A stretch of 64,000 nucleotides of DNA from Marsupella aquatica (taxonomy: Eukaryota; Plantae; Marchantiophyta), in the NCBI GenBank assembly GCA_973895155.1, contig OZ316897.1, positions 7,368,470 through 7,432,469 of the forward strand, read 5' to 3'. Below the pieces are notes generated by a model. That model was given only the letters and a program-made list of their open reading frames with translations. It was not told where the DNA came from and made no database searches. The translations under genes and the position numbers were made by a program. Position 1 is the first letter of the stretch, and every line of letters begins with the position of its first letter. Below, in pieces: positions 51,901 through 64,000 of the stretch.

Positions 51901-52279
51901 TGTTGATGATTATTTTCAAATGTGTTGGCTATATACTACATGAAGGAGAAGTCTCAAGTGTTTGAGATCTTCAAGGAGTGGAAAGCCATGGTGGAGCTAC
52001 AAACTGGGAAGGAGTTGAAGTGTGTTTGGTGAGATAATGGTGGCGAGTATAAGTCGAATGAGTTTGATCAATTTGGTCGGGACCTTGGCCTCAGGCGTCA
52101 GTACACTACACCAAAGACCCCGCAGCAAAATGGAGTTGTAGAAAGGTTAAAATTGGACATTACTGGAGAAAGCATGCAACATGTTATGTAAGTCCAAGTT
52201 GCCCAACCATTTTTGGGCTGAAGCTATCAACCAAGTTGCATATGTCTACAATTTGTCACCGCATAGTAGTCTCGAGGGT

Positions 52280-52576
52280 TTAACTTTCACAAAAATGGCA
52301 CATTGATCACGTGCAACAAAGGATAGACACATTTTATTGGTTTGGAGGGAAGACTTAAAAAAAATTGCAGAAGAACAATTGGGTCTTTTACATTCAATTT
52401 TGAGACTTATAAGAACATTAGGGTCTTTCTAACCAATTTTTTGGAATATTCCAACTTTATAGGGGTTGAAAAATAAAAATAAAATCTTGCATTTTAGGGG
52501 GTTTGAGGCCTAAAACGTCGTAGGGGATGGGGAGACATCCATATAATGAGACCCCCAAGATAGTAGTAAGTTGATG
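52280..52576. mobile_element. ~297-bp unclassified AT-rich insertion in Copia B integrase
   Basis: Removing it restores LSPHSSLEG-QTPFELWYKRP; boundaries are good to a few nt. Confidence 0.65.
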
Positions 52577-54413
52577 CAAACTCCATTTGAGTTGTGGTAT
52601 AAAAGACCTGGTAATTACTCTAGACTCTGAGTTTTTGGGTGTGTTGCCTATGTTCACATTGAGCAAACACACAGGTCTAAGTTGGATCCCAAGTCTAAGA
52701 AATGTATTTTTCTAGGCTTTAGTCATGGGCAAAAGGGTTATAAATTATGGGATCCTGTTGATCGCAAGGCAGTTGTGAGCAGAAATGTTGTTTTTGACAA
52801 AGAATGGTTGTCAAGACCCCAAGATAATCAGGAGGAGCAGGTGGAGGAACCCACTATGGTGGAGCTTGATGGTGTTGAGGAAGTTGTTGAACCATTGGTA
52901 GAGGTGTAGTTCCTCAATTGAGGCGCTCCACAAGGGCCAATCTTGGCCAACCCCCCTGATAGATTTGGTTTTGCAAATCCTCATGTTCACGTAGTTGAGC
53001 ACAACAATGATCCTAATGTTATTTTGCTCACTAAAGATGAGACCCCTCTAGCTATGAAGAAGCTATGGCCTCTCCAAAGAGGGATAAGCGAGTGGAGGTG
53101 ATATTGAAGGAAATGAATTCTTTGAAAAAGAATTTAACTTGACGCTTAACTGACATTCCTTGCGGGAAGACACTGGTTCTGTGTAGATGGTTGTACAAGA
53201 AAAAGCAGGATGACACTTACGAGGCACGCCTTGTGGCCAAAGGGTACACCCAGAATGAGGGCTTGGACTACACGGAGATATTCTCACCAGTTGTCAAACT
53301 CGCTACTATTCATGTTTTACTTGCGATTGTGGCATTCTATGATATGGAATTAGATCAAATGCGGGATGTAATTATTGCTTTCCTGCCTGGATGTGGAGAT
53401 GGATTGATGCTTAATGTGGAGACTCAGCCTCCAAGTTTATTGATTAGAAGACCATACACTTGGTGTGTCAGCTCTTGCGCTCATTATATGGATTGAAGCA
53501 AAATCCTAGATAGTGGAATAAGCATTTTTATTCCTTCATGTTGTCTCTTGGGTTCACGCAAAGTGAACATGACTGTTGTATTTACATGAAGGAGGTGGAG
53601 AATTGCTCACATTTTGGTTACATTGTACTGAAACTATACGTGGATGACATGCTGATCTTGGCTGAGAATAAGTCCGATGTTGCCTATCTGAAAGCAATGT
53701 TGAGTAAGAAGTTTTCAATGAAGGACTTGGGTCAGGTCAAAAAGATCCTAGGGATGGAGATTCAACGTGATAGGAAGCAGAGGCAATTATGGTTGTCTCA
53801 AAAATAGTATTTGGAGAAGGTACTTGCCAAGTATGGAATGGAGAATGCAAAACTAGTTGCTACTCCATTGGCTTCACACTTCAAACTCTCAAAGAATGAT
53901 TGCCCTTCTAGTGAGAGTGATAGACTGGTGATGAAATAAGTTCCCTATGATAGTCTTGTGGGTAGTTTGATGTATGCGATGACATGCACTAGACTTGACA
54001 TTGCCCACGTTGTTAGCATTTTGAGCAAATTTATGGAAAACCCTGGTAAACTTCACTAGGAAGCAGTGAAGTGGGTTTTGCAATATTTGAAGGTACCTTA
54101 GATTGTGGGATTCTATTTGACGGTAAAAAAAACCCTACATTAGAGTTGGAAGGTTTTGTAAATTCAGATTATGCTAGTAACTTGGATGACAGGAAGTCTA
54201 CTATAGGCTATGTGTTTATGTTGGATGGAGGTTGTATTAGTTGGAAGTCGGCAACTCAATCGATTGTTGCATTGTCTACTACTGAGGCTAAGTACATGGC
54301 TGCCTGTGAGGCAACCAAGGAGCTGATATGGCTACAACGATTGCTGAGTGATCTGAATCTTTCACCTAAAAGACCAATGTTGCTGTGTGATAGTAAAGTG
54401 TTTTGCATTTGGC

Positions 54414-54854
54414 GGGGTAGCGAGGATCATCAGTTATCAGTTTTTTCGTTGAAATTTTTTGGAATCTCAACTGAGCAGCTGAGATGACGACTTTGCATTT
54501 CCACGCATCTCAGCAGGCAGCTGAGATTGAGTCAATCTCAGCTGACCTCGCCGAGATCGGCGAGCGGACAAAAAAACGGGAAAAAAAAATTTAAAAAAAA
54601 TTTCTTGAAAATTTCACCTGGTCATCTCGGCTGGCCCCGCTGAGAAGCGATGTCCGTACGGTACGGACACACATAGTGAAAAAAATTTCAAAAAAAGTTT
54701 TTTTTTCTTCATCAAATTTTGAGAAAAAAAATTTTAAAAAAAAATTTCGCATTTTTTTCGGCGCCGCATCTTGGTGGCCTCTCTGAGATGATGTAGCGAC
54801 TGATATTAGGTCGACTGATGGAAACGACTGATAACTGATGATATTACTTTACTC
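54414..54854. mobile_element. 441-bp MITE in Copia B RNase H, 9-bp TSD (Mutator-like)
   Basis: TSD GCATTTGGC (54405-54413) / GCATCTGGC (54855-54863); inverted subterminal ATCATCAGTTATCAGT; splits the CDS..LHLAKNP motif. Confidence 0.8.
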
Positions 54855-55430
54855 GCATCTGGCTAAGAACCCTGTGTTCCATGCTAGGGCAAAGCACATT
54901 GATATTTGTTATCACTTCATCCGTGAGATGATTCAGACAAAGCAGATGTTTATGGAGAAAGTGGCTTCAGAGGAGAATGCGACAGACATGCTTACCAAAG
55001 TTTTACATACCGATAACTTAGTCATTGTGTGGATATTATTAATGTTAGGGCAAAACCAAAGACTATATAGATATATTACTTAGTTACATATTGTATTTCA
55101 CCTGACTCATTATGTGAACTGGAGTCAAGGTGGAGATTGTTAGGAATTGACTCAAGTTCCCGACTTTAGTTAGTTTGGCCTTACTAGGGTTAGTTGACCC
55201 TTGGTTAGTTTAGAATAAGATCCACTTATTTAGGCCCACACATCTTAGTCTCATGTGGGGTATAGGTTAGAGGGAGAACATTCTCTCCCTCATTCTTCAC
55301 ATGTTCTTTCTCATGAGCTATGGATCCTTCAAGAGTTTCTCCATCATTGCTGTCTTGTAGGTGTAGTATGAAATTGTTTGCATTCTCATGTTTCGCATTG
55401 CTGCCTAGTCTGAGCTGACGGTTTCCAACA

Positions 55431-55743
55431 ATTATGACTATACCATAGTTAGGGCTAACCTTAGACTAGGTTACCAGTCATGTTGTGCACACACTATACC
55501 CAAGCGGTGTTTGCTTGGATAGTGGGAACTCAGGCTCATTATTTGAAGCTAATTGAGGGATATGAGAGCTTGTGTTGTGGATGCTTGGTATATATGGTTG
55601 GTCGGCCTAGAGTGCAGTAAAGCTCTTGTGTATTCCCATGGACATAGCCTCATGTGGAGTTAAATCATGTATCTCTCTATTTCGATACTTGTGTATTGGA
55701 TGGCTCATGAGCTTGCCATTGCGATTGTCAACTATACTCAACA
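55431..55743 (+). repeat. 5'-truncated solo LTR of the Copia A family abutting the Copia B 3' LTR
   Basis: Aligns to Copia A LTR 6547-6889 from about nt 27 to the terminal CAACA. Confidence 0.9.
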
Positions 55744-58700
55744 ACCTGGACAATTCTTTTTCTCATTGACATTTGGCCGTTTCCAGGCCAAAATAAATTT
55801 TTTCTTAATGACATCCAAGGTGACATGACCTTTTTTTCTTATTGACACCTTGGGCGACACAACATGTTTTTTTTTCAAACCATCTTGGGCAACACCACAT
55901 CTGTTATTCCCAACGACATCTTGGGCAACACAACATCTAGTTGTTTCACGACATTTATTTGCTTCACGGCATCTTTTGTGCAACGCACAGGTGTTGAGCT
56001 AGTATATGCATAATCAAATAAATAGGCAGTCTTACCTTCACGTAAAGGGTGCTTGGACAATTAAGAGTGCTTGGGCAATTCAAACACTGACTTATCATCT
56101 GAGTAATGTCCAATGTACCTGGCTGCAGGATTGGATCATAACTTTGTGTTGTAATCTTTGTGATGCAGATTGTATGCAGACCGTATGAAAATGGTTATAT
56201 GATCAAGGCTAAAAGTGCTGTGGCGAGCTAAACCACCAAAAACCTAAAAATCACCCAGACTGCCTTAATGGCAAGCATGAAAGTAGTTGTTCTTGGGGGT
56301 TGAAGGGGACTCTTAGGCTTGTGGGGCCTCTTTGGTTTTCTAGGGGTCCCTCCCATCTTCCTAATCTCTCCCCCCCCAACCCCCCTCCCCCCTCTCTTAT
56401 TGAGTCTTTTGCCTTTGGGATCTTGTCTCCCTACTTGTTGGGTTTGTTTTTTGGCAGTTTGATATACAGTGGAGGATCTACCCCATACTTTTGTTTGGCA
56501 TAGCATTTCTGAGCTTGCATGGGATCTATTTTAACTGTACATTTTTCACCAGGATGCCTTGGATTTAGAGTTAACAGGCTACAAAGGGCATTTGGGGGAT
56601 CCGTGCCAAGTGAAAAGATTTTATTAGATGGAAATCCCATCTAAGCTCGTAGCTCCAAAGATTATTTTTAAAAACTCTAAATCTAACGAAGAATGTGTGT
56701 ATGAGAAAAACCTACTTTAAGTATTGTCTACGTCGCTTAGTTTCGTCAGGTCTAGTGGTCACAAATGTTTCAAAGTACCCATAAGTCCAATCATCTTCTT
56801 TCTGCATGAAAGTAGGTTGGCCCAGGTGTTCCGTTCGTCCACTTTCAAAGTTGGCTTATAGGAGGAAATCTTGTTTGCCCTTTTTCCTTTGTCACGTCAC
56901 ATGATTTCTACTGTCAATCCTCATACATACATAACAGTTGTCTTTTCAAGGCTTCACGTTGTTCTATGCTGGATAGGCCAATGGTCGACCATGATGGAAC
57001 TGGAGCCACTGATGACTTAATAATTAAAATAACTGAACAGAATCCAAATAGAAACCAACTTCCAACGAATTGGTACCCATTCCAATCACGATTCCTTCTT
57101 CTGTCCTATTCTTTTCATTTCCTCCCAACGCAGTTTCCCTTTGTTTGCATTTTTTTGAAGAAAACTGGATGTACCACTCCAAATTCCAATTCCAACGATG
57201 GTCCCACCCACGCACGAGGACCGCCACCATTCCATTCCACATGTGAACGACGGCCCCACGCCAAATGTGCCCACACAAGACTGGTGGCAATTGAGGTCTT
57301 TCCAATCATGTATTGGAGCTGAGTACCTGTGATCCAGATTTGGAATTAGTTTTTCTTTTTTTGATGGGGGTGCATCTGCAATAACGGTGTCACTACAAGA
57401 GCCATCATCCTTGCTTTCTGTCAGGGCAGAAAATCCAGGTGGAAGGAAACCAAAGATTCTTCTTGGACCCAACTGAATAAGGCAAGACATTTGGGGGCCA
57501 CTGGAGGACGCAACTTTCCTGTCCATTTTAGGTTGTGTCCATTTTGGGGTCCTGTGGCCAGTGCTCTAAGGCTTTCTGGTCCAGCCCTTAGGTCGTCTTA
57601 ATCCACCACTGTCCCCCAAGCAAAACTATGGATCCAGGTTAGTAACATACGTCAATATTGTTCTAAAGAAAGTCTTAGAAATGCACTATTTTGTACTTCC
57701 CAAACCTGATAGAGGGTGGCGGTTGAAGGAAACCATGCCTGAAGGACAAGGCTGGGATTTAAGGTCTAGGGTTGAGCAAGGAAAGGCCACCCAATTTAAA
57801 ACGAGAAAACAAAGCCCCCAAAGGCCAGATCCTATGGACACAACCATCAAGGTAAACAACAAACAAGACCAGCACGCCCAAACCACCCCAGAGAAACAGG
57901 CTCGTCAGTGCTGTGGAAGAACCTCTGCCCAACAATAAAGCACTTGCTATGGCACCATCTAACTCCTGGAAGAGAAACCACGAGCAACTTTGATGGTTAC
58001 AGGCGATGATAGCCTTCATTCAAAGTAGCTCATGAGAGGATAGCCCCCTCGAGAAAGCAACGAACTCCCAAAGGAAGCAGAAGTCTTATGCATTAAACTC
58101 ACGAGGTAGATGAAAAGCTTCCTACTAGTCTCTTCTTGTGCGACAAGCGCTTTACGGGGATACAAGCATCTGAGGCTGCCCGAGGGTGTTTGTATCCTGT
58201 AAAAGCAGTAGAGTATTAGTTCATCTCTGATCTGGAAATCGCTGAAAAGTAGATTTTGGAGAGCCCGTCGTTTGTATGTCAATTGCACCACACTCATCCT
58301 TAAGAAACATGTTATTCGTCCAAAACATTCTTCCCAGGCCAAAGGCACGGGGCTACTGCTTGTAGGAGATGAAGCACAGCATATAGAGAGGGAAAGTCCA
58401 CTCGTGTTACAACATTCCACAATAATTGTTGGGTATGAACATTCCAAATACCTTCATAACCTCGACCAACTTCTCCATGGTGTAAATTACCCGTCCACTC
58501 GTTTTGTCTACCGTCTATTTGATGACTGCTTTCAGTTACTTGGCAAGGTGAAACTTTGAAACTTTGTGCAGGTGATCAAGCTAGGAAGGTGGATGAGAAT
58601 CTTCCATTGGTTACAATAGGGGAGTGATCCCAAATGCATTCAAAATGCTATATTATACAATTGGTGACATCTAGTCGGAGCGAGTCACCTTGTTGACGAC

Positions 58701-59729
58701 ACGTTTATTCATCTTCACCTGGCACAGTCAAAACGTATGGAACCTCCTGTCACAATCGACACGCTCAGATATGGAGAGTTCCTACGTGAGTACACAGGGT
58801 CATGTGCGTTCCAGCTAATGCCTGGGTATGATTACTTCAACCCCAAGGGGATGGGCAGACCAAATGCATGAATGAATTTGCATTCCTAAAACGGATCGGA
58901 TCAAAACTTGAAAAGCGTAGGTCAAATTGACCAACCCTCTGTCCCTGCTGAACAAGACTTGCTTCTCACCATGAACCTCGACGGCTCTTGCTGGACGTTT
59001 ATCCGCACTTACTGAAATTTCATCAGGATGCGAGGTCCACGTCTGCAAGCGGCTGGAATGACGGACAGATTGCTCTGTGCCAGATTCCAAAAGCCAAGTA
59101 ATCGTGAAGGTCGAGTGTTCACTCGACTCCGCGCTGCTTGCTTGAGTTCAGATAAGAGACAGGGACCACGATTCCCTAATATCCGGCTTCCACTTGGTTA
59201 AAATACGAGTTCTGTGAATCCACAGAAAATTGAAATGGTCGGTTGTGTAGTAAGTGCAGCCAAGAAACAGCTCAACGAGTGTCAAGCTGGTCAGAACGGT
59301 CAGAGCTCACTGCAGGATGAATCGGAGCTATGGTACACTCTAACAATAGATATACACATCCCTATCCTTGATGATGTGCGTAGGGGTCCCAACTCCTCTG
59401 CGAGGAGCATCGACAATATCCCTTCCTATTACATTTGCTGCAGCACTCGCTTTCCATCACAGTGCTGCTGCCTGCTATGATCTGCTTCAGCTACTTAAAA
59501 GGGCGTGGGACATTTGTGAACTGACTTTACGAATGCTCTCAGCGAGCCTATCTAACTAATTACATCGTTCCAAATTTGTCAAGGAACGGGACTGACTTTC
59601 CGCACAGCCCAACATTGGGAGGCCCAAAAATCCAGTCCTCCTAAGCTATAAATCTAACTAGCCATTGTTTGTTTTAGTCTGGCAAAAGTGTGAAAAGAAT
59701 GCCCGAGGGGGAGGGGGTTGAAGTAACTG

Positions 59730-62700
59730 TTATTGATCTAATTCGATCATTCTCGGTAGAAGTCCCACTTTTAACCCTAGGGGAGAGCCCCCGTCCCCAG
59801 AAGTCACCGTCAACTTCCTCTCCACACCCATCACCTTCACGACGGCATCTGGGTAAAGCAAACCTTTCTCAGCCAGCCCTGACATAGCCCTCATCAGAAC
59901 ATTGTCAACCCAACCCTGAAATAAATCTCGATTGGAAAAATTCTCCCAGGCAAAAGATACCATCACCTCCAAAAGTGTTGTGTCAATCTCCACTGGAAAA
60001 TTCACGGCTTGCACTACATGCTCCAGAGCAATCTCGAGCCTTTCCAACACCCAATCTGTGAGGTCCTTCAGATTGAAAGGCTTGAAAACCACGGCTGCAT
60101 CCAACAGGGTACACATCTCTGCTGGACATTCGCCCCGAGCACATTCTATCACCTTGGCTGTAAGCTCTTCCAAACTTTCCGGCACTGATGTTGCACAGAG
60201 TTCTTCAGTGATACATGGTTCCTCATCCTCAGACAAGTTCTCGTCAGCAGAAAGATTTAAATCAAGAGAGAAGGCTCTGCCGGGCGAGCTTTCTTCTCTC
60301 TTGCATAACTTACGGGGAGGTGATCTTGAACCACGTGACAGCACATCTTGTGTAATCGAATCGGTTCTCCGTTTGAACATTGGTGAACCGAAGAGCAGGA
60401 TGCTTTCTGGAGGCGTCTCCGCTTTGAGAGACTTCTGAGGCTGCTGTGTCTTCATGGAATCCACAATCGACAAGACTATTCCCCTCGAGTGCAACACATT
60501 TTCGCTAGCTGTGTTATCTACAAACAATCTAACCTCAAGGGGGCCAAGTTCAGACAGCTTCTCTTCATCAAACTCAACACCGCTCCGTCCTTGACGGTTT
60601 CGGGGGCTACTCAACAAACTCGCACCAGCACCACAAGTCATGATGACTATGACATTCGCAAGACTTACCTCCCTACCAATGGAATCTGCCAGTCTCCCTC
60701 GCTCCATTGCCTTGATGAGATTCTTCCTCAAAATGGAATCTGCACAGTTAATATCTTCCAGCAGCACCACCGAGAATGGCTTGCGACGCAAAGCCTCCGC
60801 CAACCTGTCGAGAGGGCTTTTGCCTCTGAGGCTCACGCCGTTGCTATCAGCTGCTAGGATTTCTGTGCTTGGTGGGGTTCGGCCGGAAGCATCAGTCTGC
60901 CACCCTGTCACCAGAATTAAGTGTTCTTCGCGACCGAAGACAAGTTTAGCGAGAGCCTTGGCCACCTCTCGCTTCCCCACGCGGTCTGGACCCAAGAACA
61001 TGAGCCAGGAGTCAGTTCTGGCGTATGCACCTGTCTTACGCCCCTCCCCGGAGCGGCACTTCATTATAGTTGCTGCCACAGCTCCCACAGCCTCCTTCTG
61101 CCATGAAACTGCATTGCTTAGAGTCCAACACAGCCCATTCAGATTCTCTGTATCAGACGACCGCATCACACCCAAGTGGGGTGACATTTTTAAGGCCTTG
61201 GGATTAGTATTCGGCTGCTGCAATTTGCAGTGAAGAGGATGTTGACCTTCTTCCCTAAGATCTCTTGTCGGTGCAACAGGCCCAAGACTTGCGCGACCCA
61301 GTGCGAGATCAGTCCCCACTGAGGCATCTTGATGACCTGACTTTCCAACCAAAATATTCGGCTTCTTGCTTAGAAGAGGCCCACTGCCAGGATCTCTCCT
61401 CATCCAGCTCAACGGTGAACCACCGGACTCAACTCCACTCTTAATTTCTGATTCCCCATTCTCAGAACCAATAGACGCCTTGGAGCTGGTTAAGAAATTC
61501 GGCATGTTCCCTCTCGCAATCCTTGCATGAAGTGGTGCCAAATCCAGTAACTTTTCATTCGATATTTTCAACGATTGAGGGGTCCACTTCGACGGAACCG
61601 GGCCAGAAAGCATGGGGAGACTCATTCGAGCGTTCTTCTCATGAGGCGAGACAATCTCTGCAACAGGACTCGCAGAGTGGTCTCGCGAGACTGTAGGCGT
61701 GAAACCTCCTTGATGCACATGGTGTGCAAAACAATGTTTCTGCCACTTCTGGCGAAGCTCTTCTATTCTTTGTGAGATCAGGTTCTCCTCCTCCTTAACC
61801 TGCACAAGTTTCATAGAGAGCTTTAAGTGATTTGTACCAGAAACTTTCGTACCGAAACGACACGCCACGTTCCCCATCGTGACAATTGGCTGTACCATGG
61901 GCGTCATTCGCTCAGTTCCACGCTTGTGAGTGCCTTGGGAAACTCATGCGTGGAAACAATCACAATTATCCTGTAGGTTCGCTAGTAGTAGGTCCTAAAA
62001 GAAATACTTCAAACGAAACAATGACATCATAACTTACCGGAAGTGTGGCACGGCACTTGTCGTTGGGATTTTGGATCCAGGGGAGCTTGGAATAACCGGC
62101 AGGACCAGCTAGAGGTTGCCCAGACCCCACACACAGAGTCTGCCCTTCCTTCATCAGGATCAAACACTCCTGTTGTAGTTTACTGTTGCAGTCGGGACAG
62201 CAATCGTGCTTCTTTAGTCTATTTTGAATCGGGCCCAACTTCAAGCCGCCTGTCTGACTTAAGAAGGAAATATCCGCATTCATGATGTTGTAGTGGCTGC
62301 CGAGTCTACGTTGATATGCGTCAGCACACATGCCCACCATACACATATTAGAGAAACTATGACATTTCAAGCTAACGAAAGCATATCAGGGGGTCCTGAT
62401 GTACATAGCCTTGCGGTTCGAAGGACAACAAATGGATCCATCCAAACGGAAGTATCCGAATCTACATAATTAGCATACAGGAATGCTACAACGTTCTTGC
62501 GGAACGTCGACCTTACAGACAGCTGGCCGGTTGGTCGCAGGAATACCGCGTCCTTCTACTTGATCTGGTTGAGACAGCGCTCAACGGAAAGTAACACATA
62601 AATAGTAAATAGTCCGAGAGCTTCGCAGAGACGATATCAAGGGTTCTAGCCTTCCATCTCGAATCGACGCAAAACTAGAGGCGCTCTCCGTAAGAGCAGA

Positions 62701-64000
62701 GTAAAACCTGAAGCGGAATGGCTATGGTACAAGCGGGGGACAGAGAGAGCAAGACAAACTGTAATGATCGGACGTCTGCTGTATCCTCCAATGACCCCCA
62801 CGCCATGGACGCACAAAACTGTAGAGGGAGCATGCTTGGGAAAATGAGACAGAGAGTGTGAACCAACCTGGGCTGGATTCCAGAACCGGGACTGTCTGGG
62901 GTCAGGAGAACGGGATGGAGTCCCAAACTGTCCAGCAGAATGTGCTTATTAGCTCGCCAGCGTTCCATCGTCTTGGGGGAAACAGAAGCCAGCAACCAAA
63001 GACGATTGTGCTCGTTCAAGTTCAGCAGCTGCTGCAGCTCCTGGAGTAAACGACACGCCATACTATGAGAAGGGTCAAGCAGCCACTGCAAGTCCCCCAC
63101 CGATAGGATGGCACCTCCGGTTAGCATACACCCATCCACGTCCCGCTTCAGCTTTGCTAGCTTCTGCTCGAAAACCTCCTGACTCAAGATTCCCACAGAA
63201 AGAGACGTGAACGGCAGATCGAGACGCTGAACCCCACGTAAGGATCGAAACTCTCCTCTCGCCAGCCGCTGAGACAACTCCTTCAGTACTAAATTAGGCC
63301 CCGACTCACTGACTATAACAGCGTTCCTCTTCTTAGGGCCAGCGACGAATGTCTCTACAATGTTGCGTATGTCTGCGTCGTGAAGATGGGTCAAAGTGGA
63401 TCGACCAAGCATCCGAGAGGCCTGCTCTGGTCTATTCTGATCAAAATGGGATGGTAAGTTAAGCGGGGCCGTGGCAAAGTAGGGGCTTTCCGTCTCAACG
63501 AGCACATCCCTACCATTGCTAGCGCCGCTCATTCTTCCTCTGTCCAGCAACTTCACATGATTCATGGACGGGTCACCTGCTGAGAATGGGCCAGGAAAGA
63601 TAGAGTTTCGGAATTGTACACTGCTGAAATGGGCATTCGAGAGTTGCATACGCCTCAGGCCAGAATTGTCAAAAGTAGGAGGACCAACAGGACCCGCAAT
63701 TGCAGCTTTGGCCACTGCCTCCTCCATAATGTTCTTCACAGCTGTGCTCGAAAAGCCTGCCTCCCGAAACACTCGGCTCACGCTCGGATCATCCAAAATG
63801 GAAATGGTGAGATGGGCGATCCCAGTCTTCACAGCCAGTAGAGGTTGTAAGCTCTGCTCTGGGGTGCCTCTCCGTTCATTGGCATGAGCTCGCTTCAGAG
63901 CCGCGCCAAGAGCATTGTTCATGGCTTGATCCTTGCTTTTCTCCGGATCAGTGGTCATCGGCAACCTGTCTAAAGCCACTTTGAAGCACAAACCTAAGGC
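59730..64000 (-). CDS. SMXL: SMAX1-like / D53-like protein (class I Clp ATPase-related repressor), 5' end outside the window
   Basis: Exons >64000-62868, 62305-62038, 61799-59730 (GT-AG, in frame). Clp-N motifs CF.VALDRLP, NAL.AALKRAHA..RRG, ISILDDPSVSRVFREAGFSS; CCPDC; D2 FLGPDRVGK; RGKS; EAR motif LDLNL. Confidence 0.95.

Larger units (their letters stand above)
48950..55430 (+). mobile_element. Ty1/copia LTR retrotransposon (Copia B), decayed
   Basis: LTRs 48950-49244 and 55138-55430 (TGTT...AACA); PBS TGGTATCAAAG 49247-49257; gag from ~50283 (VEKFDG; CWHCHEKGHIKWNC); PR, INT, RT (YEARLVAKGY, LYVDDML), RH (HARAKHIDICYHFIRE); PPT AAGGTGGAGA. No TSD found. Confidence 0.93.

Noticed and set aside
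56230-58560. Possible decayed LINE fragments (HLPREFN-like RNase H motif near 58090-58120)
   Set aside because: Signal too weak to support without a search
59932-61233. Long plus-strand ORFs (168 and 197 aa)
   Set aside because: Antisense shadows of SMXL exon 3

Overview
Plant nuclear DNA; the retroelement types and SMXL sequence suggest a non-seed land plant (inference). The left half (1-32 kb) is a nest of decayed transposons. A minus-strand Ty3/gypsy element (25548-~31970) is interrupted by a CACTA element (3' TIR ends at 25547). The CACTA element contains a second gypsy (1-4519) and a Ty1/copia (6547-24903). The copia 3' LTR is split by a full-length 13-kb Athila-like gypsy (11775-24770, TSD AGTGC). 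The right half holds a 7-exon monoacylglycerol lipase/lysophospholipase-family gene (+), several MITE/foldback elements, a second copia (48950-55430) and most of an SMXL (SMAX1/D53-like) gene (-). There are two main findings. (1) The outer gypsy carries a DNMT3-like C5-cytosine methyltransferase domain (motifs I, IV, V, VI, VIII, IX, X recognisable) between its protease and RT. (2) The Athila-like element has a ~960-codon extra ORF between two PPTs that ends in a second retropepsin-like domain, and a palindromic GACGC-N8-GCGTC motif clusters in its LTR and ahead of both ORFs. All coordinates were read by eye, and domain calls come from motif recognition, not database searches.
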